Part shown: piece after piece, positions 38,573 through 52,100 of the stretch
How positions within the stretch are numbered: the first letter of the stretch is position 1
Layout of the letters: the number at the start of each line of letters is the position of its first letter
Assembly (NCBI RefSeq): GCF_036321535.1
Contig: NC_087436.1
Span: forward strand, 87,112,001-87,176,000
Source of the DNA: Camelus dromedarius
Lineage: Eukaryota
DNA length: 64,000 nucleotides
Direction: 5' to 3'
The notes under the pieces: generated by a model
What the model was told of the DNA's origin: nothing
The model's database searches: none
The model's input: the letters and a program-made list of their open reading frames with translations, nothing else
Translations under genes and position numbers: made by a program

Positions 38573-39446
38573 AAAAAGACATCCAGATGGCCAACAGGCA
38601 CATGAGAAGATGCTCAGCATCACTAATTATCAGAGAAATGCGAATCAGAACGTCAGTGAGGAACCACCTCACACCAGTCAGAATGACCATCATTAAAAAG
38701 TCCACAAACAATAAATGCTGGAGAGTATGTGGAGAAAAGGGAACCCTTCTACACTGTTGGTGGGAATGTGGTTTGGTGCAGCCACTGTGGAGGATAGTAT
38801 GGAGGTTCCTTTAAAAAACTAAAAATAAACTTAATATATGATCCAGCAATCCCACTCCTGGGCATATATCTGGAGAAAAATATAATTTGAAAAGACACAT
38901 GCACCCCAGTGCAGCAGTATATACAGTAGCCAAGACATGGGAACAACCTAAATGTCCATTGACAGATGAGTGGATAAAGAAGTTGTGGTATATTTATACA
39001 ATGAAATACTATTCGGCCATAAAAAGAATAAAATAATGCCATTTGCTGCAACATGGATGGACCTGGAGATTGTCATTCTAAGCAAAGGAAGCCAGAAAAA
39101 GAAAAAAAATACCATATGATATCACTTATATGTGGAATCTAAAAAAAAAAAGACCAAAAAAAGACACAGGTGAAATTATCTACAAAACAGAAACAGACTC
39201 ACAGACATAGAGAACAAACTTATGGTTACCTGGGGGTAAAGAGGGTGGGAAGGGATAAATTGGGAATTTGAAATGTGTGCCTCTTGGGGACTGATGGAAA
39301 TGTTAGCTATCTTGATTGTGGTAGTGGTTTCATAGGTATATACATCTATCAAAATTCATCAAATTTGTACATCTGAAATATGTGTAGTTTACTGTACAAG
39401 AACCATACCACAGTAAAGGTATATATACCAAAAAAAAAAAAAAAAA
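38573..39446 (+). mobile_element. L1 fragment (ORF2 C-terminus plus 3'UTR) joined to an older-type L1 3' end
   Basis: [47 protein letters not shown] is typical L1 ORF2 C-terminal sequence; poly(A) at 39430-39446. Confidence 0.9.
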
Positions 39447-40787
39447 TGAAGACAAACAAGGGAAAAAATGTAAAGTGAGACCAGCCAGCTCCGGCATATG
39501 TTTTCCTTCAGCCTTGTTCATTGGTCTGCACGACGTGGACTAGGATTTTAGTAGGGTTCATGTTTTGCCCGGAAAGTACAACAAAAAAGAGAGGACAAGG
39601 GGTTGAGTGTTCTTACAAGGAAGTGACTATAGACGTGTACCGCAGGCACTCAACTGGTGATGGAGGCAATTGAGAAAGGAAGGCAGATGGAGACAACACG
39701 CTGCTCGTAGACTTCAAGGAGTCCTCCACTCACTGAAGCCAAAGAACCGTTTGAGACGAGCTATAGGAGGAGCTGGAAAAGTGGGAGGTGGTGGTCAGAG
39801 GGAGGATGCTGCAAACTGAGCCCAAGAAGGAGGTGGAGGTGTTGGTCATGGCTAGATGGTGATAAAGATGCTGTGTCCAGAGAAGCAAATGCAGGCAGAA
39901 GAGATGATGCTCCCTCCTTCCTTGAGGTTAGATGTCCAGCCCTAAGACCTACATGGCTCTAAAGGTTAGAAGGTGAGGGCTGAGCCAAGCCAGGCATTGG
40001 GTTCATAGTCAGAATTCCAGAACAGGAAGGGGCTCTAGAGAGCATTAGGATTAGATGCAGCTGCTAGTAACAGAAGTCTTAGGGTAGACATTTCGGGTGG
40101 TCCATGTTAGAAAGTCACAGTCGCGCCACGATTGTCAAGGTCCTGGGTTAATTTTTTGCCCACCACCCTACCTATGGCTCCCATTCTAGTGATGTTACTT
40201 TGAATAAGCTGCTTAATTTTTCTAAGCCTCAGTTTCTTCATCTGAAGGATGGGACTAATTACAGTACCTACGTCGTGAGGCTAATGAGACTAATAAGATG
40301 ACATATGAAAAATGCTTTGCACCCAGACGGACACAATGAACCTAAGCTGTGATTGTTTTATTCGGCACTAGTCCGGTGCCAGGTGTATAACTGGAGTTCA
40401 GTAAATACGGAGCTCCAGAAAACATCCGTACTCCTATAAGATGTATCCTGCACCATTCATAAGTGAAGTGACGTGAGAGCTGGGATTTGATAAGGCAAAC
40501 AATTGGGTGGAGCTGGCTCAGGGGAGCCGATGAAGCAAGAGAGGCGAAGTCCTGGTGCAGAGGACACACTGGTCACCCGGAGTTTATTACCCTGTGGTGC
40601 TGTGTTATGCTGTGCTGTACTGTTGCTGCTCCAGTATTAGTGTTTCAGTCTCACCACTTTTGTGTGTGTCTAAAAGTCTTTGCAATAAAAATACTGTTTA
40701 AATAACATGGGAAAATCTAGGATCAGACTTAATACACATTTTGTTAAATAAATAAATACGGAGCTCAACTCATATTGGTTAAGTTGA

Positions 40788-40831
40788 TTATTATTATCAT
40801 CATCATCATCATCATCATCATCATTATTATT
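40788..40831. repeat. (ATT)n(ATC)n(ATT)n compound microsatellite
   Basis: Read directly from the sequence. Confidence 0.9.
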
Positions 40832-42999
40832 GAAGTGGCTTCACACAGTGCTCACAAGCTGTATCCAGAACCCACTCCATTACCCAGCAGCACCTAGGAA
40901 GGGCCTGATATCCGTGACCCGTCGCTATTTCTGGATGACCAGTGGCCTGAATTAGAACTGGCCAGAGGAGCAATTGTCAAAGGGCAACTGATGGAGGGAC
41001 CCGCCCATGTCAGCCCCGCAGAGCCCGAGGACTGCCTGGGCCAGGCCAGACCCGCTCACGGCTTTTGTTCGCCTGCCAAATTCCCCCGCCCGGCCTCCTC
41101 TGGGAAGAAAGAGCAGACATGACTGAGTCCTTGGGAGGCCAGCCCGGGCCAGAGGCTGGGAGCCTGGGAAGGGGAGTGAGGAGACGGTCCCTGCGGGGGG
41201 CCATTCTAGGGGGTTCTGTGCTGGCCGGGGAGGTGTTTTCCTTTCTCGTACCCTCAGCTGCATCTGTGTGTACAGCCCTCACTTCCTCCCCCAGGGTCAC
41301 AGAGGGATTGTGGCGAGAAAGCTCATGGAAGTCAAAACAAGCCTGGTGATATGAAAACCATATGAGAACTCGGGGGGCCCACATCAGCCTAATGGGCCTC
41401 CCAGCCGTCACCGAGCCCGCAGACACTGGCCCTTTGTGAGGTGGGGGCCCTGGCTCCCTCACTCCCATTCACAGAGACAAAAGTGAAAAAGGAAAGAGAG
41501 ACGAGGAAGGCGGCCAGGCTCTTCCATCATCTCTGTGCTCCCCGTACGGTGACTTCAGGCCCTTTCAGTGATGAATATTTATTGAGCGCTTGCTACCTGC
41601 CAGGCTCACCCATACAGGTTCTCATTTCTCCTCCCACTCCTCTCACTGATCCTCACGGTTCACCTGATTCCCGTGTCAAAGCATGGGCCTCCCAGGTTTG
41701 TGGAGGGCCAGTCACCAAGGTGACACAGCCAGTAAGGGGTGGGTTCAAATACAGGCCCATCTGGCTGAAAACTGTGATCTTCGATTATCCCAGAGCTGCC
41801 TCCCCGGTGACCTTTTAGTTATTTCAAACATGCTCACTAACATTCAAAATTTTGTGTCAAGGTTTAGCTTTCAGAAGATGTTTCGAGAGAAATGGAGACA
41901 TGTTTTTTCCTTCTTGTCTTGTTATCCAAAGACGGTACTCTAACTTGCCAACTGTTATTTATACCTGAAGTTACTGCGTTTGAAAGCCTGTCGGGGTGGG
42001 AAGAAGGCTATTTTCCAGAGCTTTCATTATTGTGATGCTAAAATTAAACGTTCTCTAAGAGCAACTGGAAAAAAAAACAAAAAACCCTAATTCAGAAAAT
42101 GAGATAAACGGCCATGCATGTATAATGGCTTGTTCTTTGGGTTCCTAAAAACCAGAAAAACAAGTGTGATGTGCAAATATGCACGCAGGCTCTCATCTGT
42201 CTATAATCTGAAATTATTGATACATCCGAAATCTATCTTCTTGGAATGGTTTCTTGAAAATAATTCCTATCCGTTTTAAAATTCGACAAACTTTTCTAAT
42301 GTTTCTGACCAGACCCAGGTATTCTGAGTTTTTCTCATAGATGTTAGGGAGGGCGGGCAGCCTGGAGGCAGAGTCTGCTTCCAGAAGCTGCCTGGCTCTT
42401 GTCCAGAGTTAGCTCGGGGCCTGATATTTCAGGAGACCTGAGGGTCTGCTTCAACTTTCTCACAAAAAGACTCATGGAGGGATGGGGGAAGGGAAAGAGC
42501 AGTGGGGTAGGAGCCAAAGCCATCCCGGCAAAGGGGGTGAAACCCAAATGCACTACGGCAGGTTAAAGGGATCGCTCCCTGTCCAGGCGGAGGGGCCTGT
42601 GCAATTGTGGAGAATGCGCTGGATCTGTAGGGATTCATACAGAACAATCTTTTGATTGTTTTCTGATTTGCAACAAATCTTTTTCTTATACTTAAAAAAA
42701 ACTACAGACCAGTGTATAATATGGTTATGGTTTTGACTGGGAGTTATCTGTATCTGTAGCTTTCTCTCCCTCCATTGTGTGTATGTCAATATAAATGACC
42801 ATATCTGCACTGAAAAATATGCTTTGGATGGCTCTTGACTGATAGCTAGTACACTGGTAACCATGGGGCTTCTGGAGAGGGAAACTAGGAGCCTTCAGAT
42901 CAAGTTCAAAAGAACTTTAACTTTTCACTATATATGCATTTATAAAGTTTGAATTTTTAAACTTTTCCAAAGGTATTGTTACCACTGCTAACACTGATT

Positions 43000-43190
43000 T
43001 GCCACATATTACCTACCAGGTACTGTTGTAAGCACTTCACATGTTTAAACTCATTTACTCCTCACCATACCCTAAGAGGTCGGAACTATTATTGCGACCA
43101 TTTTACAGATGGAAAACTGAGGTACAGAGAGTGTAGACCTCTAGTAAGTGGTAGAGCTGGCATTTGAATGCAAATAGAGAGGCTCCAAAT
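43000..43190 (-). mobile_element. MIR SINE
   Basis: ccaggtactgttgtaagcacttcacatg.ttaactcattta.tcctcac, cattttacagatggaaaactgaggtacagagag. Confidence 0.75.
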
Positions 43191-45504
43191 ACCATATGCA
43201 TGTTCTGTTTTCGAAGAATAATAAAGACATTGGTTGTTTTTTTTTTTCAATGTCAAAGGGAGTTGTTGCAGCTATCTCTGATCTTGAAGGAGACACCATC
43301 CCTGGGTCCTGTTCTCAGAGTAAGGGGTGAGTTGGGTGATGTTTGGAGGGAGGTGGGGGTGGTGAGGACCATAAGCCCAGTGCCCAGGTCCCCCAGCTCC
43401 TCAGATAAGAAACTGGGGGTTCATTCTCTTGATTCCTACTATTCTATTACTAATTTAAAAATATATAAATAGGTCTTGCTTTCATCCTCCATTCTGTTAG
43501 TGTACCAAGGGGAGGAATTAAATGAGAGCCTCTCCTATTCTCAAGTGGATGCATAGAAATTGAAACCCCTCTCCCCACCATTTTCCTCACGGCTTTAAAG
43601 ATGCACATTAAAGATGGTGACTTTTCCAGATGGCAGTTAAGATGGTGATGTCTGAACCCATGGCGGGAGGAGGGGTGGCTACAATGAGAATGGCACCCTC
43701 TCCAGAGTCACTGTAACCCTGAATCAGGTTTGACTCGCAGGCCATCTGGCCAAGAACCCCACAGTCCTCTACTTATACTCAGACAATACTAATTGCCTTG
43801 TTAACAACTCTCCTCTCCAGAGAATGAAATTTAAGCAGAATAATATCAGAGCATGATTTCCAGAGAAGTGAGCTGATTCAGAAACTAATAGTATTTCCAG
43901 CAACCCAGTCGCAGAAGGCCCGCAGAGCAAATAAAGAGCGTTTTCATGGTACTGTCAGGAGGATACGACTTGTCAAGGCAGATTTGCAAACAGGAAAGAG
44001 GGCAGGGACCGTTCTTGTCTAGACATCTGATTAGTGGGAAACTGTAGGATTATGAGGAGGGTGGATTTTTCTGGCTGCCATTTCTGGGGTAGTCAAGCTT
44101 TCTGCACATGGGGCTGGATGAGAGAAGCATTTGTCTCGGGTAGAAAACTCTGGCTGGTCCTCGTCCTCCTTTGTGCTCCAGAAGCCAGTCTGAGAGGCTA
44201 TATCAGTCAATTTTAACCTGCTGCTGTTTGGGGTGGTGGGCACTGGAAGAGTCTGGGGCTCAGAGACAAGAGAATCACTGCTGGGCACGTCACCCTTTCC
44301 TGTCCTTCCATCAGCAGTCCCAGCTCACTTTCTGATCATGCTGCTGGCTGATCCCCTGGACTAGGGACAACTGTTCTGCTTCAGTAACAGTCCAGATTTC
44401 CCCCTTCACCCCAGGACACCAGGGAAACCACAGCACTTCTGGGTGAGACTTGAGGATTGTGGGGGAAGTCAAATGATGCTCGGATAGTGATGCAGCCAGG
44501 TGAATGGGGGGTGCAGGTGGAAGGATTGCCCGGCCTTGGGTAGTGGGTGGGACCCTGGAGGTGACAGGTGGGTTCTAAAAGGAAATGGGCTGGGAATCAG
44601 GAAACTTGAAGGTCTAGGACAGTTTCCTTGCCTCCACGGTGAGGAAATTAACATCCCTGCCCCTGTCCCACCTGAGTACTTTCTGCTCAGTGCTGTCGGC
44701 CCTCACTGCTCACCGCCCAGGGCTGCAGGCTTGTGCTGTGACCTAGGACAGGGCACAGCCAGGCACCGTTCATGACAAAGTCACAGCTCAGCTCCATGTG
44801 AGCAGCAAGCCCTACAGCATGTGTGATAGTTGGGGTTGAAAATACAAAGAGCAGTTACATCAGTCTGAGTCCACCTAGGCGAAGAAAAAGCGCTGTGGAT
44901 GTCCAACAGGGAATGCATTCCGAGGAATTTGTCACGGGGGTGATGGAAGAGCCAACCAGGAGACAGTCCTGAAGTTGGCAACAGCAGGAAGCAGCTACCA
45001 CCCGAAGGCTGGGGAGACAGAGGGAGGAGATGGGACAAGCAGAGCCAAGGCAGGAGGCCCCAGACAGGAGCCATACCCAAAGCAGGCCTGGCTGGTGGGA
45101 GCTGGGGTCATGGAGAAGATATCACCCAGCCAGGGAGGGAAAGGGAACAAAAATATCTTACATTTTCTCCCCACCCTCCAGCCTCCTCCTGGCAAACAGC
45201 CTCAGGGGTCAGCCCCTTACGGCTAGAGCAGGACAGCGCTGGCGGGTGGGGGGCAAGCTGGGGCAGGTGATAGGGTCAGATGTTCTGTCAAACTGCCTCC
45301 TCGCGTCCTGTGCTCTTCCCTCTGCAACAACCGGAGTTAAACCATAGAATTCAATATTGTGTAATGATTACTTTAGTATCTCTTCCACCTCCCCTCCCAG
45401 CACCCCCAGCCCAGCAAACTCAGCTCCACGACTGTAGGGGTGGAGTCAGCCTTATTGCTGTAACCCAGCACCCAGCATAGTAAGAGACTCATAGCTAATT
45501 CTTT

Positions 45505-45647
45505 TTTCAAATTTACTTATTTTAAAAAATTTGGGGGGGTGTAATTAGGTTTTTACCTGTTTGTTCTGATGGAGGTACTGGGAATTGAACCCAGGACCTT
45601 GTGCATGTTAGGCCCATGCTCTAACACTGAGCTATACCCTGCCCTCC
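45505..45647 (-). mobile_element. tRNA-derived SINE (Vic-1 type, long-tail form)
   Basis: ggaggtactgggaattgaacccaggacc...actgagctataccc plus tail taattaggt; TSD tagct(a/g)attcttt at 45492-45504 and 45649-45661. Confidence 0.88.
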
Positions 45648-46683
45648 GTAGCTGATTCTTTACAGTATCTATTAAGGATAATTGAATGAATGAATCAATG
45701 TGTGCTGCTCATTGTGCAAGCAGCGGGTTCTCAGGGTAGAGCGTGCAGGATTTCAGATGTAGAAGCAGCAGCATTCAGACTCACCACAACCTCTGTGAAG
45801 TCTAGGAGATCCCCCAGCTCCTCTAGGAGCTCAACTTCACCCAGCTTCTGTGGGAGTTTAGAATTTAAGCAGATTTTACTTCATTACCAGGATGGGATTT
45901 TGCCCCTTGATAAATATGAAATTACTTTGTAAACCACAAAATGATGTATTTATGTTCAAGAGTATAGTATATTTTGCACAAGGAAGCCCCCCTTCTGCAT
46001 CTCCTGACTGTGGAAGGGAAGGATTTTAGGGTTCTCCTTTCTAAGACCCGTTAACGTCTGGAACAGATAGAAATTCCAGGGGGCAGTTTAAACCAATTAG
46101 TCACAGCAAGAAATAATAAAGGGGAAGATGAGAAGTTGGATAGAGAGCAGGACTCAAAGAGGGAATAAAAAGACAGCATGGAGTCGCTACATGTTCTCAG
46201 GAAAGAGGAGAGGAAGTGGACAGGTGGCGGGACGGCAGCGAGAGAGAACCAGGCGCCACGGTTGCAGTGGGTGCTGAGGACTGAGTGCTTTGAAGTCAAT
46301 CAGAGGTGAAGGAAGCAGATGCCAGTTAGGGCAAAAGCACCGCTGACACTTGGCTGGTAGATTTGATCAGGGCAGGAACGGACGAGCAAGCTGAAACTAT
46401 AACAAACAACTAGAGCAACACCTAACATCTGTTGATTGCTTGCCATGTGCCAAGTGTCCAACACCACGTGCATCCTCAGGACAGCCCTGTGAGGGAGATA
46501 CTAGTGGGCCCCAGGAGATATCTGGGGGGTGGTGTGTGTGGTATGTGTCGTTTTGGGTTTGCAGCATCTAATCCTCTTTCCTAACCATACGCCAGTTTCC
46601 TTGAGAGGAACGTGGTGACTAGTTTCCAAGATGGTCCCCATGTGCCTTGTCTTCTGGTATTCAGCTCCTTTAGAGTCCCCCAC

Positions 46684-46684
<1 letters not shown>

Positions 46685-46711
<27 letters not shown>
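46685..46711. repeat. (CA)n microsatellite
   Basis: Read directly from the sequence. Confidence 0.9.
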
Positions 46712-46715
<4 letters not shown>

Positions 46716-47049
46716 TTAAATAAGGCTCACCAATTCTGAGTGCTTGTATGTATTAACTTGTTTAATCCTCCCAATAATTCACTAGTCTGTCCTGTTATTG
46801 TACACATGCTTACAGAGGAGGACATAGAGGTACAGAGGGAGCAAGTAACCTACCCAAGATTGCAGCACTAGTGGTGGTACTGGGATTTGAATCCCATTTT
46901 CTGACTCCAGAGTTGGTGCTTAACTGAACCAAAAGGCAGTGTACTGAAGGATATTGGGTGTACACAGAACTGATGGAAAGCCAGGAGAACCAGGCTGCGG
47001 TGGTTTCTTAACTCCCAGCAGGAAGCCATAGCCCTTGCTCAGACCCCCA

Positions 47050-47590
47050 GGGTCGCTAGAAGGTGATCTCACTGTCGTTTTAACCGATTCATTCTGGCTG
47101 CCATGTTGAGAGACAGAAATGACCAAGAGTGGGAGCCAGGCGGCCGACTAGGAGGCCACTGCAATAAGGATAAGAGAGTGACTTGGACCAAGGGAGTGGC
47201 AGTGAGGATGGCAAGAGTGTCAAATTCTGGAAATATCTTGAAAGTCGAACCTATAGGATTTTCTGAGAGTCTGGATGTCAGATATGAGAGAGAGAGAGAA
47301 AGAGAGAGAAAGTCAGGGATAGCTCCAAGGCTCTTGGCCTAAAATCTTGGAAGATGGTTTCTATTAACTGAGTTGGGGCAGCTGTGGGCGGGGCAGCTGT
47401 GGGCGAGGCATCTACAAGGAGATGATGGGGCGTTCCATTTGAATGTGTCGGTCTGCGATGTCCCTGGACATCCAAGCGGAAATGGGTGCGTAGGCAGTTG
47501 GATGTGATTGTGAGAGTTGTGGGTGAGAAGTCACTCAGGCACGAGATCATAAAGGGAGTGAGTCAGATGAAAAGAGAAGGGGTCCAGTGA
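47050..47590 (-). mobile_element. L2 fragment
   Basis: attctggaaatatcttgaaagtcgaac..taggattt.ctga, tggacatccaagcggaaatg, taggcagttggat. Confidence 0.65.
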
Positions 47591-47863
47591 TGGCTGTCAA
47601 ATAAAGCACCTGAGCATGGGCCAGCTCAGCAGACACCGGGTGTCTCCGTAGCAGCCTGGCCAGGTCCGCTCTTCTGTCACAGGAAAGGTCACTAATCCCC
47701 AGAAGCTCCCTCACCCTTGGAGATTATGTTTCAGAATCATAAATACAGATATCCATATTTAAACAGTGCTTATATTAAAAAACTACATTTTCAAGAAAGA
47801 AAAAGTAGGAGGTGAGAGCTGACAATAAATAGTCCCCACAGACCTGCTCCTCTCATGCATTTC

Positions 47864-48596
47864 TTTCTTTTTAATTATATTTTTTATTGAAGTGTAGTTG
47901 ATTTACAGTATTAGTTTCAGGTGTACAGCAAAGCTATGCAGTTATACATGTACATATATATTTTTTTCAGATTCTTTTCCACTATAGCTTATTACAAGAA
48001 ATTGAATGTAGTTCTTGTGCTGTACATAGGTCCTTGCTGTTTATCTATTTTATATGTAGTAGTGTGTATACGTTAATCCCAAACTCCTAATTTATCCCTC
48101 CCTTGCTTTCCCCTTTGGTAACCATAGTTTGTTTTCTATGTCTATAAATCTATTTCTGGTTTGCAAATAAAATTTGTATCTTTTTTTTTAGATTCCACAT
48201 ATAAGTGAAATCATATGATATTTGTCTTTCTCTTTCTGATTTACTTCACTTAATTTGTTAATCCCTGGGTCCATCCACATTGCTGCAAATGGCATTAGTT
48301 TATTATTCTTTATAGCTGAGTAGTATTCCATTGTATATACATATATACCACATCTTCTTTATCCAGTCATCTGTCAATGGACATTTAGGTTGCTTCCATG
48401 TCTTGGCTATTGTAAATAGTGCTGCTATGAAGTCTGGGGTGCATGTGTCTTTCAAATTAGCGTTTTCTCTGGATATATGCCCAGGAGTGGGATTGTGGAT
48501 CATATGTTAAGTCTATTTTTAGTTTTTTGATAACCCTCCATACTGTCCTCCATAGTGGCTGCACTGATTTACATTCCCACCAACAGTGTAGGAGGG
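47864..48596 (-). mobile_element. 5'-truncated L1
   Basis: tttttattgaagtgtagttgatttac 3' end; ORF2 remnant DTCTP.FIAALFTIAKTWKQPKCP; degenerate TSD cctctcatgcatttc / cctcttgtgcatctc. Confidence 0.9.
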
Positions 48597-48984
48597 CCTC
48601 TTGTGCATCTCGAACGGGATCCTATGTGTAGAAATAAAGCACCAGCTTTTTATCATGGTGCCTGTTGTTTAAAGGGTCACTGGTCCCCAAGTAGAGATAC
48701 TCAAAGGTTATCTGCTTATACCACCCTGTGGGAATGTTACCTGCCAAGCTGCCCATTCAGGCCTTCCGTGCCCAGGAAGAGGACGAGGGCAGAACATGGA
48801 GGGAGGAAGAAACGAAGCCTTCCCTGCTTCTGGGGCCCTGTCCCCCAACACCACATGTGACTCCAGCCTGTCACTCAAGTCTCTCTCTCCTGGTCACATG
48901 CAGAGGGAGGCTCCCCACCACAGGAAGACACTAGTAGATTCTGCCTTTTCAAAAATGACTCTAATTTCAAGGCCATTTTTTAAA

Positions 48985-49163
48985 ACATTTTTTTACTGAG
49001 TTATAGTCATTTTATAATGTTGTGTCAAATTCCAGCGTAGAGCACAATTTTTCAGTTTTACATGAACATACATATATTCATTGACACATTCTTTTTTGCT
49101 ATGAACTACCACAAGATCTTGTATATATTTCCCTGTGCTATACAGTGTAATCTTGTTTATCTA
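48985..49163 (-). mobile_element. L1 3'UTR fragment
   Basis: Reverse-complement similarity to the 3'UTR of the L1 at 12480-12650 (ttccctgtgctatacagt, catgaacatacatatattc). Confidence 0.8.
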
Positions 49164-52100
49164 CTTTTTAAGCACCTGTGCTGTGGTAGAAAGAACGTTG
49201 GCCTGAGGGGCCCCCCATCCTGGTTCTGCCATGAACCAGCGGGTCGGCTTTGGGAGGACGGTTAACCTACTAGCATCTCAGTCTCCTTGCCTGTGAGATG
49301 GGACTCTGAGTGCGCCATGTGGTTGTTCTGAGGATCAGAGGAGTTGAAATGGGTAAAGGACAGAGAAGAATGTCACAAAACAAGTGATTATATGTTATGC
49401 TATGTTAATAATCATACAGCTCTTAGTTATAAGCGTTACTGTCGTTGTTGAACTGACTCTGCTAGAGGAGCTTTGTGATCCTGGGCAGGTCGGCTCCCTT
49501 CTCTAAGCCCTTAGGCTCCTGCCCTCAGAGGCCCCCGCACAGCAGTCCGCCCACCGCACTCCATTGTGAACGTCTCTGAGATTGGGGAAAACGCCACAAC
49601 CGCATGCACGTCCGAGAGGCCCAGCGACTGACGGGGCACTTACGGGAGACATGATGGCACCATCAGAAGAGGGGTGTTTGCACAGGAGGCGAGGGAGCTG
49701 AGAACTGGCGAGTCCGCCTCCACTCCTCTTACTCTGTCTCCCTTTCCCACCAGAGGACGAGTGTCCTCTCTGATCCCCTCACTTCTCCCTTGCACCCTGG
49801 GTCCCTCCCTGGAGGAGCTGCACAAAGTGCCCTGAACATCCTATCCTGGTGGTATTCTTTGTCTGTAATTTCAAAAAAACAGTCACATTTCATCAGTGTA
49901 TTCCAGGAAACAGGTTCCATGGTAAACAAGAAGCCCCAAACTTCTGAGAAAGTGTCCCTCTGCTGATAACAGTTGTGGAGTCTTGCTTATGTTCATTTCC
50001 CCCTATGAATAACCGCTTTGGCACCCCATCTCCACTGCACGCAGATGCGTGACCTGAGCCTGGGTGCACCTTGCCACGCCGGGAGGGAATTGCCTGCTCC
50101 TGGGCAGCCCGCAGGGGTCATGGGTGCCTGAGACTGTGACAACGCGGGGAGAGGGACGCAGAGAAAGAAAGAGTGAGGAGAGCCCTGGGCCAAGGGCCAG
50201 GAGCTGACCCAACTGCAGCATGTAACAACCAGGCAAGTGAACCATTCGGCCCAAATCAATTAGAAATAGCATTTAGTTATTAGCATCAGCGACCTGATTG
50301 TGGTACCTTCAACATGAGGTTTATTCTTCACTCATATGAAGGAAGTCTAGAGGCTCCACAAACTCATTAGGGACCCAGGCTCCTCATAGCTTTCTGCTCC
50401 AATATCCTAGTTCCCTGCTTTCATTTTCAAGTTTGCCTCATGATCCTATATGGCTGCTGGGAGCTCCAGCCATTACATCCACATTCCAGGCAACAGGAAG
50501 GAAGAACCAAGGAAGGTCAAAAAGAGTATTTACACCCTTTATCTTTTGCAGGGCCTTCCTGGAAGTCCCATACAACAGTTCTGCTTGCATCTCAAAGGCC
50601 AGAGCTTGGCCACACGGCCACTGCTGACTGCGGATACACTGAGAGTGGTTTGAGGGAAAAGGGAGGATGAGGGATGCTAGTAGCTGCACACTCTCCAGTT
50701 TGTTGTCCTGAAGCCGTTCTGCTTTGGACCCAAATTTGCACACCCACCTAGCAAAAAAGCACTTCATAAAGCACCGTATTTACTGGTTACTCAAATATTC
50801 CCCGAGAATGTTAAGTTTTCTTTGAACCATGTTATACTCTACTCTCCTACAGACAGATTCCAGTAAGTAGTTTTCTCCATGCTGGCACATTTCCAAGGAT
50901 GCCTTAGCTTAACAGCAATGTTTAAACTCTCCTCAAAAACTCTTGGTCTGGGAAGTTTCCTGGCTCTGACAAGACACCTAGGTCCCAGTCTTAGCAATGT
51001 CACCATCAGTCTGGACCCTTTATTCATTCAACACATATTTGTTTAACATCCAACCTGCCCAAGACATTGTGCTAGGTATTGTGGACCCAAGAATCAACAC
51101 CTGCAGTGTCACTGCCCCCACAGTCCTCACGGTATAGGAAATTCGCAGGCACTTGTAATGTGTAGGGGGCATGCCCAGGGCCAAGGGTGAGGCTCCCTGG
51201 CAGTTCACTGGCAGATCCTTGGCGCTATCCAGGAGTGTCCAGGAAGGCTGCCACAGGGCTGACCTCCAGGTGGAGATAAAGGTCAAGTAGAGGTCATTCA
51301 GACTGTGAATAACCAAGAAGTCACAAGATGTAAGGCTGAGAGAGCCTTCTGGCCAGGGCAGAGGATGAGTTGGAGAGGAGCAGGCACAGAGACAGGGAAA
51401 CTAGTGATGGGGCCGTTGCTCCATCCAGGAGAGCGGAGAGAGGCAGTGGCAGTTTGGATGGAGAGAAGGCGAAGCACACGGGAGCCATCCCGGAGGTGGC
51501 ATTGTGAGAGCCTGGGGACTGGTTGGCGAGGAGGATCTGTTTGGGACAGGAGGATGTATTCACACGTGATGGTGGGGGCCTGGCTCAGGGTTTCTGGCTT
51601 CAGAAACTCTGGTGATGATGTGTCCTGGGGCTGGATAACACAGGGCCAGGACCTGCGGCTAAAGCCTGTCCCTCTACGGTATGGTGGGGAGACTTACACG
51701 TGCACCCTCTGGCCTACACCCCACCCCACACACAAACAGCATCTCCTGCGCCAGCAGCAGAATGCATCCTCCAGTGGGGGTGGTGTGGGGGGTGCTGACC
51801 GGGTCCAGAGACCTGCACAGATGCCAGGAGAAGCTTGGAGCTGTTTGGGTGGGGAATTCTGGGCCTTGGCACATAAGATTGTTGGGGGCTTGGCCTGGGC
51901 TCTGGGTGGGCACAGCCGAAAGACAGCAGGAGGGAACTTCCAAGTGCCCTGGGGCAGAAGCCCCAGGACCCCCAGGTGTCAGGGCAGTACAGCCAGGAGG
52001 AAGTAGGGTGGGAGGAGACACTGACTTTAGCTCTGGGCACGTTGTGTTTGATGGGCTCATGGAGATAACCAGGAAGTAGTCGGGGCTGTCAGTCCGGGGC

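Noticed and set aside
38419..38814. 131-aa ORF as a host gene
   Set aside because: Its C-terminal part is L1 ORF2; the rest is flanking repeat-like sequence.
47375..47406. 15-bp tandem duplication (ggggcagctgtgggc x2)
   Set aside because: A trivial slippage event within an L2 remnant.
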